A stretch of DNA of 63,107 nt, counting the filler, from Salisapilia sapeloensis CBS 127946 (taxonomy: Eukaryota > Protista > Oomycota), in NCBI GenBank assembly GCA_023334545.1. It is 12 parts of 12 records of this genome, joined end to end, with 100 filler letters (N's around TTAATTAATTAA, not from the genome) between each part and the next. Parts side by side here need not be neighbours in the genome. Positions count along the whole stretch, not along the records: positions 49,473 to 54,550 come from JAADVB010000643.1; positions 54,651 to 58,995 come from JAADVB010000674.1; positions 59,096 to 60,901 come from JAADVB010001038.1; positions 61,002 to 63,107 come from JAADVB010000956.1; 8 more parts are not named here. The stretch is one strand, 5' to 3'. Position numbers and translations under genes: made by a program. Position 1 is the first letter of the stretch. Each line of letters begins with the position of its first letter. Positions 50,421-62,380 of the stretch are shown piece after piece. The notes below the pieces were generated by a model. That model was given only the letters and a program-made list of their open reading frames with translations, did no database searches and was not told where the DNA came from.

Positions 50421-52067
50421 CTAGTGGTCTCGCCACGTCTCCCACTCGACGTTCAGACTCTGCAGCGGCACCAGCTCCCGAAGCACGCTACCATTTTGTC
50501 ATTAGCTTTTCCTACCACACCACTACACATATACTCGACACGTACGGGTGCCAGACCATCTCGTCGTTGACCTGTCGCGCCTTCTGCTGCTTCTCCTCCT
50601 CCGTGTCCTCCGGGTTCTTCTTCCGCTGCTCCTCCGCCTCCTCCGCCGCGGCGCTCGACAGGTTCCGTCGCTTCGGCGCCTGCTTCTCCAGGTCTCTCGC
50701 GTGGGCCTGGCTGTCCGCGATAGCCTTCTTGTGTTGCTCCACCAGCTTCTCGCTCCTCGCTCTCTTCTCCGCCTCCCGCTGCTCCAGTCGCTCGCTGCAT
50801 TTTTCCGCCTCGGCCGACCACTAGCACGTAGTCACGAGCATCAGTCTTTCTGTCGTACGAAGAAATGTCTCTAGAGCTACCTCCTCCGGGTATGCTGCTC
50901 GGTGCTCCATCAGGTCTGCGAGGCCAATATCGATCATGTCGCATTGCTATCGACTGGCATGTGAGCAACCCTATCTACGAAATAATAACGACACGCAGAA
51001 CACACCTCGAGCCTCTGCTCCACCTTGCTCTCGGCCGATTTCTATTCACTCGTATCAGCATCGGCTCGCTTGCACAACGAAGGAAAGACCTACCTCTTCC
51101 TTCATCACGACCTGGATGGCGTCCTTCACCTGCTGCTCTAGAGCGGCCACGTCCGCCAAGTACCTCTGCCTCACCACTTTAGTCCAAAGGAGAAAGTAAC
51201 ACATTCGAAACACAGCAGCTCACGTTCCGGATCTTGACGAGCGTTAGACAGTCGCCCACCCGCTGCTTCATGCTCGCCGGTCCGTCCTGCAGCACGTCCT
51301 CCGTCTTCTGATACCTCTTCGCAGCGTGCTCCAGAACGTACGAGTGGCTCGTCTTCAGCTGCTCCTCCACGAATCCGATCGTCTGTCTGTACCGGTCGAT
51401 CTGCTTCAGAGCGTCGAGGAGAGGGTTGGCCGACGACGAGTTCAAGAGACCCACGCCTCCATCCGACCGCTTCCGCTTCAGTGCGGGAGCGCTGGGGTCG
51501 GATACGCCTGGAAGTGCCAGGGGCAGAGTCGTGTCCTCGTCCTCGTTGGCTTCCTGGTTCCCCGAGCTCTGCTGCCGACCGTCGCTGGCGCGAAGAAAGT
51601 CTGGCAGAGCCTCGCCAGTGCTCTCCCACATCCGAGTAATGTCTGCCGACGGACAGATCTATCCGCAGCTATCAGCACGCCAGCACTATCGATAGAAAAA
51701 GTCAGTATGTCGCTACCTCCTTCTCGTGCCAAACACGAAGCAGTCGCAGCACGCCATCGCGATCCAACGGAGAGTTGCTCACCAGAGCCACGGCCTCCTC
51801 CAAGTGGTCCATGAGCTTCTTCACGAACGCAGGAAGCTCCTCGCTCCCAGCTTCGTCCATCATCGTCTGGATCACGTGGTTGGCGACATAGAGGAAGGCC
51901 AGTCGCTCGCTCTGGAAGTCGCTGGAACGGAGCGAATCCGCCCACAGCTTTACCATCTCTTGCGCCAGGTCATCTTCTCGCCGGTGTCGAAGCAGCACCC
52001 CGCTCGCGGCCTCCACGCGCTCCTGACTGTCGTCCAACTCGTTCAGCTCGAGGCGAAATTCCTCCAT
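50421..52067 (-). CDS. CID (RNA Pol II CTD-interacting domain) protein, RPRD/Rtt103-like; 7 exons: 52067..51717, 51658..51224, 51165..51094, 51041..51006, 50946..50881, 50820..50546, 50487..50421
   Basis: N-terminal LDDSQERVEAAS...RLAFLYVANHVIQ is a CID signature. Six GT-AG introns of 52-60 nt give one open frame ending VWHPVLRELVPLQSLNVEWETWRDH*. Confidence 0.8.
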
Positions 52068-52154
52068 GGCGACTTGTTGTTTTTTGTATGGAGCTTACTA
52101 CAAGGATCTTGAAGAGATGCATGTACATAGACTCTCCGATCAGACACGACGAGC

Positions 52155-54550
52155 ATGAGCACGACGCAGGAGGAGGCAGCTGAGGCGCAGGAGCACCCGC
52201 TGCAGACGCTGCGGACGAGCGCCACCATCTACTTTGGCCTGTTGGCGACTAGCTTTGTCGTCTACGAGTGTGCTCGACGCCGCTTCCACAAGGTCTACGA
52301 TCCGCTCGGACAGAGCTGTCCAGATTTCCATCCGCCGCCTTCCTCGGCCTTCGACCGCCACCGCTTGGACAAGAAGCTCTTTGGATGGATCCCCGTGGCC
52401 TTCCGGATCCCGCAGGATGAAATACTGGACAGGTGCGGACTGGACACCCTCACGTTCGTGCGCTTCCTGCGGCTCGGACAAAAGGTATCTGCGGCCGCCA
52501 TCCTCCTGTCGGCCGTCCTCTTCCCACTGTACGCCACGGCCCCCTCCACCTCGTCCAAAGACAAGGAATCCGACAGCATCCTGACGAAGTTATCCATGTC
52601 GAATCTGAAGAAAGGAGATGATCGGCTCTGGGCGTCGGCCATCGCCGCATGGATCGTCGTCGCCTACGCAATGCATTTACTACGGCAGGAGTACGTCCAG
52701 TACGTGGACACTCGGCATCGGCTCCTAGGCCTGATGGAGCCTGCGCAGTACTCTGTCCTGATATCGGACTTGCCTGTGCATCTGCGAACAAAGGAGACCC
52801 TGACAGCGTACCTGCGTCGGCTCTTCCCGTCCTCTCTCCGGTGCGTCTACGTTGCCATCAACTGCTCCAAGCTGGACAAGCTGCTAAAGCATCGCGAAGG
52901 CGTCCGGAACCACTTGGAGCATGCTCTGGCCGAGTGGGACGTCACTGGGCGTCGGCCTCGGCACGTCAAGGACCGTCTGCGTCCGGACGGAGCAGCCAAG
53001 GCGTTGTGCGACTGCTTGTCGAGAACGGACGAGCACAAGGTGGACACCATCGACACATTCCAAACCGAACTGGACAAGCTCAATGACCAAGTGGAGCGAG
53101 AGACGGCGCTGCTGAAAGAGGCCCAGAGCAGACTTGCGAGTCAGCTGGAAGACAGAGAGGCCGGCGACGAAGCGAGGAGCTGGCGAGACTTTACGACAGA
53201 AGAGGAGCAGAGAGTGCTGCACCCGATCCGACTCATGCGGCGCGCTGCGTTCGTCAGCTTCACGTCGCTCCGTTCGGCCCAGATCGCGCTCCAGACGATC
53301 CAGGCCAAAGAGCCTGCGTGCATGGGGATGATGCCAGCTCCAGCACCCTCGGACGTCGACTGGTCCAACGTCGGGCTACATCAGCGCGTGCGGACGGCCG
53401 GTACGCTCGTGTCGTACGGCGTGACAGGCGCCATCGTGCTCTTCTGGACCATCCCGACGGCATTCGTGGCCTCGCTGTCGACCGTCGAGTCGCTCCGGAA
53501 GGCCCTGCCGTTTCTCGACGGCGCTATCACCAAGTTTCCGGTGCTCCAGCAGGTCTTCCAGCAGCTCGCGCCTCTGATTCTCGTGGCCTTCGGGTCCCTC
53601 GCGCCCATGATCTTCGCCTTCTTGTCGCAAAAGGAAGGCCAGGTGTCCTACACGCAGGTCCACGCCTCACTCTTCGTCAAGCTCTCGTACTTTCAGCTGA
53701 TCCAGACCTTCTTCGTCACCGTCGTCGTCGGCACGGTGCTCGACAGTCTCAAGCAGATCCTGGACCAGCCCAAGACCATCGTGTCGATGCTCGGGAAGAA
53801 CATGCCGCAGCAGAGCACCTTTTTCATGTCCTATGTCATCATCCTCACAGGCCTCAGTCTGTCCCTGGAGCTCCTGCGGGTGGTCCCGCTCGTCTCATCC
53901 GTTCTCTTTCGACTGCTTGCGCCTCGCCACACGAGACGAGAGCGAGAAGCGGCGTGGTGTGGTCTCCGAGATATCACGCAGACGCCGCCGTTCAACCCGA
54001 GCGCGCTGCTGGCCGGGACTTTCCTGGTCTTCCTTGTGAACATGACCTTCGCCTCGATCGCCCCTCTGGTCTGCTACTTTTGCTTTCTCTACTTTTCCAT
54101 CTCTGAGCTCGTCTACAGAAGGCAGATCATGTTCGTCTACCGTCCGACGCGGTACGCCATGGGCGCCTACTGGCCGAAGCTCTTCTTCTTCTCCGTCCTG
54201 GCGATGGTCGTCGCCCAGATTACGCTCGTGGGGCTTCTCTCACTCAAGAAGGCGGTGGCTCCGTTGATCATGATCACCGTCTCCATCGCGGCCACGCTGC
54301 TCTTCCATCGCCTCACGAGCGTCTCGTTCCGCTCCGCCGCCAAGTTTCTGCCGCTGCGAGACTGCGTCGAGTTGGACGAAAAGAGGGACGAGCTGTACAA
54401 GCAAGACCCGGGGGTGTTTGACTTCTTGAACCAAGTGTACCGGCAGCCAGCGCTGACCCAGACGCAGCGTCTGCGACCAGACTACCGCGTCCTCAGCTCG
54501 ACGCTGGAAGAAGGAACCGGACTCGTGTCACTCGAACGAGAAAGCGAAGA
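52155..54550 (+). CDS. OSCA/TMEM63 (CSC1-like) mechanosensitive or osmosensitive channel; 3' end at gap
   Basis: LDRCGLDTLTFVRFLRLG, YSVLISDLP, AFVSFTS, APAPSDVDWSN, FWTIPTAFV, QSTFFMSYVI and VYRRQIMFVY motifs. Confidence 0.93.
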
Positions 54551-54650
54551 NNNNNNNNNNNNNNNNNNNNNNNNNNNNNNNNNNNNNNNNNNNNTTAATT
54601 AATTAANNNNNNNNNNNNNNNNNNNNNNNNNNNNNNNNNNNNNNNNNNNN
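54551..54650. other. Assembly spacer
   Basis: N-run + TTAATTAATTAA + N-run. Confidence 0.98.
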
Positions 54651-54950
54651 GCTAGCATATCTAGGCGCAGTTACAGACTATTTGTATCCACTTGTTTCGA
54701 ATATGACTTTAAGAGTACGTGATGCGACTGGGCTAAGTTTTTAAATGTGGTGTCTATTTGACATGGTTTTATAGTTATTTAGTAGATTAGCAGTGGTATA
54801 AACGAACCACCTCCAAGTGGTGTCTTTTCTGTTTTAAGTTCATTAGAACGCTGTTTATGGCTTCAGAATGCATTTTAAAGCATCTGTGAGCTTAGCCAGA
54901 ATAGTGCATCTATAAAATATTACAAACAATTGTAGTCCGTTTCAATATGT

Positions 54951-57900
54951 TTACCATTTCTTTTCGTACCACGCTGGGACCTTACCTGTGAATCTATAGT
55001 CAAAGGTGAGCTCTTCACCTGCACAGATGTGCCGGTGTGCCCACAAGCCGACCCGGTGCTCCTCCCGTACGCGAATGGTTGGTCGGGAGTCGCAGTTTGG
55101 ATCGGCTGTGCTGTTGTTAACGAACTTGGTTTTGTTCCCTAACCGCAACGCATCTATCGTCTCATCGTCATTTAGATCGAACAAAAACGTTGACCCATCC
55201 CGATCATAGCCTCTGCCACGTCGTTCGGACTCATCTACAGTGACCACGCCTCCACAGTACTCTCCAATCAACTCTCCCACTTGGATGTCATCCACCGCAA
55301 ACGCTCCCCAACCGTGTATGGCTGACGGTTTAATCGCAATATGTTTCTTGAGACCCAACGTCATCGCCACATTGCCACATCTTTGATTACTTCCACCAGC
55401 TGAGGCAGACGTAGCAGAAATAGATTTAGCTTGAGCTGATCGTTTGCTCGAAGAGCTCTGGCGCCAACTCCACTTCACAACAGCTTCAACTGCACCGCAG
55501 CTGTGACAGAGGTCGGGGTCACATTCGCGGGCCGCCGAGAAGCAAGCACACGAACTCGTCCGGCAGTTTCCGCTCGTGCAATCACACCCTTTGAATCTAC
55601 ATAAGATACATCAAACAACCGTTCGTGTCAATATTGTCATCGAGTATCCATCAAATGGTATCCGCATAGACTCAACATACCTGTTCGGGCAATCCCTGGA
55701 GCACGCACATGCACGTCCACATCGATGACGACGAGAGAGACAGCTGCAATGACCTGATGCGCAGACGCCATCGTGGTCGCACGGGGTGTATGCGTGGTCA
55801 TCCGTTCCACCGCCAGCACCCTCGATGTTCTTCACCACAAGACCGTGTCCGCCACCGAGCGCCCGGCGTCCCTTCGATTTACTTCGGGTGCCACCTGCAT
55901 GACTACTACCAGCCATAGCTCTTTTACGGTTGAGGTCCGTTAAGATGCTCGCAACAGCTCGGCATGGGATCGATCCCATCGTAGCTGCTACCAAGCACGG
56001 CTGGGACCCGAAGCATGCCACGAGCTTCTCGCACATGGCTCGCTTCGCGTTCGTAACAGGCACATCCTGAGAGCCACCTCCAGGTCGCCGGAAGCAGTCC
56101 CACCCGCATACTTGGCTGGCTTGCAGCAGGCTCGGGAGCTTGGATTCCACCAGACCCTCATGACGAGCATCCAGAAACTCGGTAGTGTCCATCGTGGACG
56201 ATCTTCGTGCGACGCCACTTCTCTTGGCCAGCCGTTTGCGCAGACCCGAAGATACCGGAGGATACACCACATCTTCCCGGCGCGATGGTAATGGATGCTC
56301 CCCTGGGTGACGTTGACAGGTGTACGTGTGGCACAGGCGGCAAACCATACTACGGGTGTTGTTCACAGCTTCCTCATAACTCCTGCCTTCCTTCTCTTCG
56401 CTCTGCCCCGTCAACTCATTGCAGGTGTCCGAGTTGAAGCGCACGAGCGGAGGCGCCAGTCGCTCCTTGAAAGACAAACGCTTGCCAGTTGCTAGCAGCA
56501 TTTGGACCCGATAGGATGGTGACAGCTCCAAGAGCTTCTCGAGTGCTGATGCCAAGAACAAGTGCTGCTTGCTTTGCCACGATTGGTGCTGCTGGCTTGC
56601 GATCGAGTTCACGGTAGCCAAGGTAGCGCTCCGATCTCGCTCCATTCGTCGGAGGTCGTTGTATCTCAGCTGTGGATCGAGGAATCCCAATTGGTTTTTC
56701 ATGGCTTCGAAGACCACAGGAGAGTCTCCGCACTTGTGGACGATAGCTCCGAGCACGTAGTCCGCCGCTTCTTCGTCATACGCCACGGAGACAGGGTTGA
56801 CAGCAACCTCGTCTCGAGGCGTGAAGCAGTCCCTCTTTTCCTGTCGAAGACCGAGGCTGGCGTCGTCCTCGTCGTACACGCTACGTCGGGTCGTCATGTA
56901 CGTGACGCAGCGGGGTAAAGACTCCACCTTCTTCAGCAGCGTGGTTCTAGATGAAGACACGGCTACTTCTTCTCGTACTGCCTGATGTCCCACTCGTCTC
57001 GTGTGCGAGTACATCATAGGTATGCGGCATTGCCTGTTCCTAGAGGAGGGTCGAGGGAGTGGCATCCGGCGGGTGTCTATCAGTTTAAACACGGAAAAGA
57101 AAAGTGAGAACGAGATTCCTCTGTTGAGTACTCTTTGTATTCGTTAACACCATGTGAATCTGACCAGCGCACGAGCCATGGAAGAGGACGTCCAGGTACA
57201 TCCGTCCACGTCTCGACCACGAAAGAAATCCACCAGATCCCAACGAAAAGAAAGGATACATACCTTGAAGAGCGGTGCGCTGCCTCTCCACCTCCTGCAG
57301 GTACGACCGCACGCGCGACCGAGACTCCTTCAATGCCCACTTCGTGCGGCTCCTCCTGGCCTTCTGGATGACTTCCTGACTACGTTCCGCCGCCTTTGCC
57401 ACCCGGGCTTCCACCTCCTGTCGCTTCTTTTGCTGGTCGCTGTAGCTCAGGAACAGCAGAGACTGCTGCATCTGCCACGTCGACCTACTGGTCTTGGCCG
57501 ACGGGTTGAATTCGTGCCACCGACCGAGCTTCCCGGACTCGTCTGCTTACAGTATAGATGGTTAGTACCTCCTCTGTACTATGCACTATGTCCTTAGATC
57601 TACGGGACTACCGAAAGTGTGGAGTGCCAAGCTGTGCCTCGGATCGAATGGGATGAACTGACTTTCCTTGGCGCTGGAGTGGAACGGAGGCAGAGTCACA
57701 GGTGCAAACGCTCTTTCGGACTTGAACTCTACCTTGGGTCGCACGCTGTCTGCCATCCTGTCGGGGGAAGACGCCACGCGCGCGTTCGATTGCTCCGCCA
57801 CGTTCTTCCTCGGTCTGCCTCTCGGTTTTCGCATCGGCTTGGAAGGATCTCTCTCGTGAGCAAGTCGACTCAGCTCCTCGTTCTCCATTCGGATGCGATC

Positions 57901-58731
57901 CAGCTCCTGCGCCTGCGCCTGCACATCCTCCCACTTGACGGACTGCACGTTGAAGCGCATGCCAGTGTACATCTGCTTTACTCCTCGACTGGGTTTCCTG
58001 CTCACGCCTCGGACCGGCTGTCGAGTCGTAGACGTACTAGACGGGTTAGAGCTCCGAGCAGGCATATCGGTGTGTGTCGTCACCGGTTTTTCCCTCGTAG
58101 ATGTTGGCGCTGTCCGAGCGGAGTCTGTGGACACTTTAATTTTCGAATCAAGCTCAAAGCCTCTCGTTGACTCTGTCTTCGTCTGTCCTATGCATTCTTT
58201 CTCTTTATAATTATGCTTATGCTCTTGCTTCTGTCTCTTGGTCCCGCCATTCAGTGAACTAGAGGCCGACGCACTCCCGCTGGCACTACTTCTATGCTTC
58301 TTGCTAGGCGTCTGCAGCGACAACGACGACATCGGGACGCCAGGAGATGGCGTACGGTTCCTACTCGTCTCGCCTTGGTGCAGCTCCTTCTTATCGTCTG
58401 TCAAGTCCACGATGTCTGAGTAGTCGTCCAGAGCTCTGGCTTTGCTCCGACGCCGTTTCAGAGAGGAGTGCGTCGGCTTCGACCTCGACGCAGCTGCTGG
58501 CTGCTTGGCCGCAGTCTTCTTCGGGCTCTCCTTCTCTTCCTTGCTGGCCGATCTCTTCTCGTTCAAAAGCTTGAGCATAAACTTCTTCGCTCGGTGCTCC
58601 GCTGCAGCGTCCACCACTCGGCTGTAACTAGTCCCACTTCCTTGGCGCTGGTCAGGAGTCATTCCTGAAGACCCACGCGTTCGTTCCTTCTCGTCCTCGC
58701 TGCCACTGCTCAGGATTTCAATGACATCCAT
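54951..58731 (-). CDS. EZH2: Enhancer-of-zeste-like H3K27 histone methyltransferase (CXC + SET); exons about 58731..57612, 57545..57264, 57076..55681, 55596..54951
   Basis: CRLCHTYTCQRH; CXC YTPCDHDG.C...C.C...C...CPNR|FKGCDC..CACFSAARECDPDLC; SET HGWGAF..IGEYCG..SERRG..YD..TFLFDLN..DALRLGNK..ELTFDY. The middle splice sites are less certain. Confidence 0.88.
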
Positions 58732-58995
58732 GCTGGCTGTAGCAACGTATACAGAGTATCAAGTTATGCCTCTAGGCACTTGAGTCCGAGCTTAGCTTCT
58801 CGCGTTCCTAGTCCTAATCCTGACTTTGTGCAAACTTTTACTGCTCCGGATAACGAGGCTATTTTTTTATTTATTGCAAACCTAGCCGACAACTTTCCAC
58901 TTACATGCTATCTCTACGACGCGGGAACTTACACAAGTCGAACAGAGTATCGACGGGATGATCGAAAACGCTATAGCTGTCGATCATTCTGGCTA

Positions 58996-59095
58996 NNNNN
59001 NNNNNNNNNNNNNNNNNNNNNNNNNNNNNNNNNNNNNNNTTAATTAATTAANNNNNNNNNNNNNNNNNNNNNNNNNNNNNNNNNNNNNNNNNNNN
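58996..59095. other. Assembly spacer
   Basis: N-run + TTAATTAATTAA + N-run. Confidence 0.98.
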
Positions 59096-59403
59096 GTCAC
59101 CGATCGACTTCCGTCACTGTCACTCCTTCATGTCAAAAGCAATTGACAGAGCGATGTGCCTGGACCGGGCGTGGTTGTCGGCGTTGCGTAGATGACGAAC
59201 CGGTATTCGAAGTTTGCTTGAAGACGCCGATCGTCATACGGTAAGCGTGGAGAGCAGTCGTTCTAGAGGTGGATGGAAGAAGCTATGCATGGAGAACGGA
59301 ATGTGATAAAGTTGAAGGAAACGTCCAAATTGCGATATTTATTAGCTTAAGGAAACCTACGACTCGCTTGGGCATCATGAGCTAGAAGCGTTCTGCTTCC
59401 TAC

Positions 59404-60654
59404 TCACTCGCTGATACGCACAAGGACCTTGAGAAAACCCTTCTCCTTCTTGCAGATACGAGCGAACGCATCCGGCACGTCGCCCATCGACATGGTGTGC
59501 GTCAAAAGACAGGACGGATCCACCTCGCCGCTGCTGATGGCATCCAGGATCTTCGGCAAATACTGCTGGACACTCGCCTGACCACCGCGAACCGTCAGCT
59601 GCTTCAGCAGGAGCTTGTCCAGAGGAAACTTGTCCACCGGCGCATAGTAGCTCGCCACCACCACCACATGCCCGCACTTGCGCACCAACGTCGTCGCTTC
59701 CATCAACACCTCCGACACCTCCTTCTCCATGCCCACCGCCTTCTCCATCTTCTCAGTCAGAGACAGCTTGTGCGTATGCCCGCACGCGTCGATCACGGCG
59801 TCCACGCCACCCTTCGGAAGCATCTCCTGCAGCTTCGACATCACCTGCTCGCTCGACATGCTCGTGCGGTCCAGCGTGTCCACGCCCAAATCCTTCGCCT
59901 TCGCGAGACGGTCGCTGCGGTAGTCCACGCCCACGACGCGGCCGGCGCCTCGGAGCTTGCACCACTTGGCCGCCATTAGACCCACCGGACCCATGCCCCA
60001 GATCACCACGTTCTGGTCCCACTTGACGTCCGCCAGATGCGCGGCGTGGTACCCCGTCGCGATTGTGTCGGCCGCGAACACCGCCTGCTCCGTCGAAATG
60101 TCGTCGCTCAGCTTGAAACAGTTCACGGTGGCGTGCGGCACACGGACGTACTCGGCGAGGAACCCAGGCGCACTGCCGTGTGCGCTCGAGTGGCCGGCGA
60201 AGGCGCCTGGAGCCCACCCGCCGTACGCATCCATGAACACCTTGGCGTGGTTCGTGTAGTTGCACGCCGCGAACTCCTCTCGCTTACAGTACGAGCAGAT
60301 GCCGCACGCAAACACCGGCGAGATGATCACGCGGTCGCCCACCGCCAGGTTCGACACGCCTCCTCCCACGCTAGCAACAACGCCGACGCCCTCGCTGCCG
60401 AGAATCTGGCCATTCTCCATGTGCGGCACGTCGCCGTTGCTCAGCTGTTCCGCGAATGCTGGGCACATCGATGCTGCTTCCATCTTCACCACGACGTCCG
60501 TGCCGGCCTCCACCGTGGGTTTCTCCACGAAGCACACGGCCACCTTGCACCCACCTTGGTACGTGATCGCCTTCATCTGGCCCTCCGGCGCAGGCTCTTC
60601 CTCCGCCTCGCGCTTGCTGCTGAACACCTTCGTTACCTTGTCCAGAGATGCCAT
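59404..60654 (-). CDS. Zinc-binding MDR dehydrogenase, formaldehyde-dehydrogenase-like (YbdR-type)
   Basis: GDRVIISPVFACGICSYC...C (structural Zn), AEYVRVP, DTIATGYHA, WGMGPVG (Rossmann), GQASVQQYLP..L..I..GEVDP and LKVLV motifs. Confidence 0.9.
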   Translation of the reverse strand: MASLDKVTKVFSSKREAEEEPAPEGQMKAITYQGGCKVAVCFVEKPTVEAGTDVVVKMEAASMCPAFAEQLSNGDVPHMENGQILGSEGVGVVASVGGGVSNLAVGDRVIISPVFACGICSYCKREEFAACNYTNHAKVFMDAYGGWAPGAFAGHSSAHGSAPGFLAEYVRVPHATVNCFKLSDDISTEQAVFAADTIATGYHAAHLADVKWDQNVVIWGMGPVGLMAAKWCKLRGAGRVVGVDYRSDRLAKAKDLGVDTLDRTSMSSEQVMSKLQEMLPKGGVDAVIDACGHTHKLSLTEKMEKAVGMEKEVSEVLMEATTLVRKCGHVVVVASYYAPVDKFPLDKLLLKQLTVRGGQASVQQYLPKILDAISSGEVDPSCLLTHTMSMGDVPDAFARICKKEKGFLKVLVRISE

Positions 60655-60901
60655 GTCTTCTTCTTCTTGTCGAGTAATGAAAATCTCTCGGCTTGGGCTC
60701 TACGACGCTCGTTCCGGACTGAGCCTCCTTCCTCCGAGCACGCCAAAAGAAACGAAAGCTTCCAGAAGTGTGGGAAGCGACGGCAGGAACGATCGACTTC
60801 CTTCACACACTTGAAGCCCGTGGCATCCTGTGTGGATCGTTTCCTCACGTTGAAGTCGGCTCGCCACAAGGTGAAGTATTCCCCAGTACAAGCGACAAGA
60901 A

Positions 60902-61001
60902 NNNNNNNNNNNNNNNNNNNNNNNNNNNNNNNNNNNNNNNNNNNNTTAATTAATTAANNNNNNNNNNNNNNNNNNNNNNNNNNNNNNNNNNNNNNNNNNN
61001 N
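60902..61001. other. Assembly spacer
   Basis: N-run + TTAATTAATTAA + N-run. Confidence 0.98.
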
Positions 61002-62380
61002 CATGTTTGGAACGTTCGCTTCGACCTTGTCCAACTTATTGTTTCGCATATATCTATGTACAATCAAAATTACATCAAAAGCGATATCTATGCTCGTAGT
61101 CGAGAGATACGCACGCTCCCATCAAGTATGGCCAATCACCAACCCATTTTTCCAGTCTGCAGCTTTTTGCGTACCTATTTTATCGTCAGCATACAAGTTT
61201 TGGGCCATATAGAATTAAGTTTTATCACGCACAGGATCTCTAACGCAGGGAAAGTTTCCGCATGTAGTTTGTCAAGAAACTTTATGTCGTTTCCACTCAA
61301 GTCACTGCTCAAGACGGTCAGTCGCATATTTGAGGAGAAAAATCAAATTGATATGTACACTTCCTCTACTTGTGTGCAATTCTTCTCACGCAAACTGTCT
61401 TCCGTGAGCATATTGTCGGACAGGTATCTGCACTCCACATTTAGAACCTACGTGTACGTAAGAGGTTCACATAGTGTGCCTTACAGGTAACGTATTTCCG
61501 TCCCGATGCAATCAAAATCTTCGAGCTCGTTGGAAGAAAGGTTTCTAGACCATGTATAAAGTGTCAGATACATTGACGAGATACCCGTCTCCTTAGACCT
61601 TACAAATGAAAAACGTCGGGTATGCTCGCATCAAATTCGGCGATCCGATTGCGAGATAAATCCCTATATTCAGACAGATGAGAAACTTGGATCGAGAAAT
61701 GGCATTACTTGAAAGCTCACATATTTACGAGGCGTTCATATTTACCCGTAACACTTTCCAATTTGCCATCCTTGCTGTACCTAGTCTGCACATGTTAGAA
61801 AATGGATAGCCGACCAACATCGAAACGACAGTGGTGCCATGGATAATTACAGTTTGTATAGATTGGGAAAGTGACTTCCGTCCAGAGTCTTGAGCAATGT
61901 GTTTTCCATGTATCTATGAAGATCAAGTTTCAGTAACCATTCTTCTCGTCTTGGCGCATAACCACATAATACATACAAGAACTCAACGCTTTGAGACGTC
62001 CCGACTACCTCTTCGAGAGGAGTATTGTTAATTGTTCTGCATGCACACAGTAAGTCGATCGTCAGTGACTGAGTATGTATCTCAAGCTGCTTTACAAAAT
62101 TTTAGCGTGCCGAAATTGGCTTGCGTTGAGCTTTGTGAAGCTGTTTCCGCTCAGGTCACTACACAGTCAGAAGGATGAGTAGTGTGTCTTGCTGCAAACC
62201 TTATTGAGTCACCCACATTTCTTCCATGTCGTATGGAATGTTTATATCCGCGAGTTCTTCAGTAGTAAGGCTAGCTCCACGAAAAGGCTTATACGGCGGA
62301 TCGACATCCTCGGCATATATGCCTGCCAATGTCCAAACGAATAAAAAGCTATATACGAAATCTCGACGTGTCATCTTCAT
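61002..62380 (-). CDS. Secreted or receptor-type leucine-rich-repeat protein, one LRR per exon; exons 62380..62217, 62158..62096, 62036..61977, 61913..61851, 61780..61721, 61663..61604, 61544..61485, 61427..61359, 61304..61233, 61174..61115, 61053..61002 (continues into gap)
   Basis: Absent from the ORF track; built by hand. Signal peptide MKMTRRDFVYSFLFVWTLAGIYA. LRR units include DLSGNSFTKL, DLSRNRIAEF, NLSSNELEDF, YLSDNMLTE, DLSGNDIKFL and YMRNNKLDKV. Ten GT-AG introns of 54-70 nt, all phase 2, give one open frame. Confidence 0.9.

Noticed and set aside
61056-61490. 144-aa + strand ORF in the track
   Set aside because: Antisense shadow of the spliced LRR gene on the minus strand.
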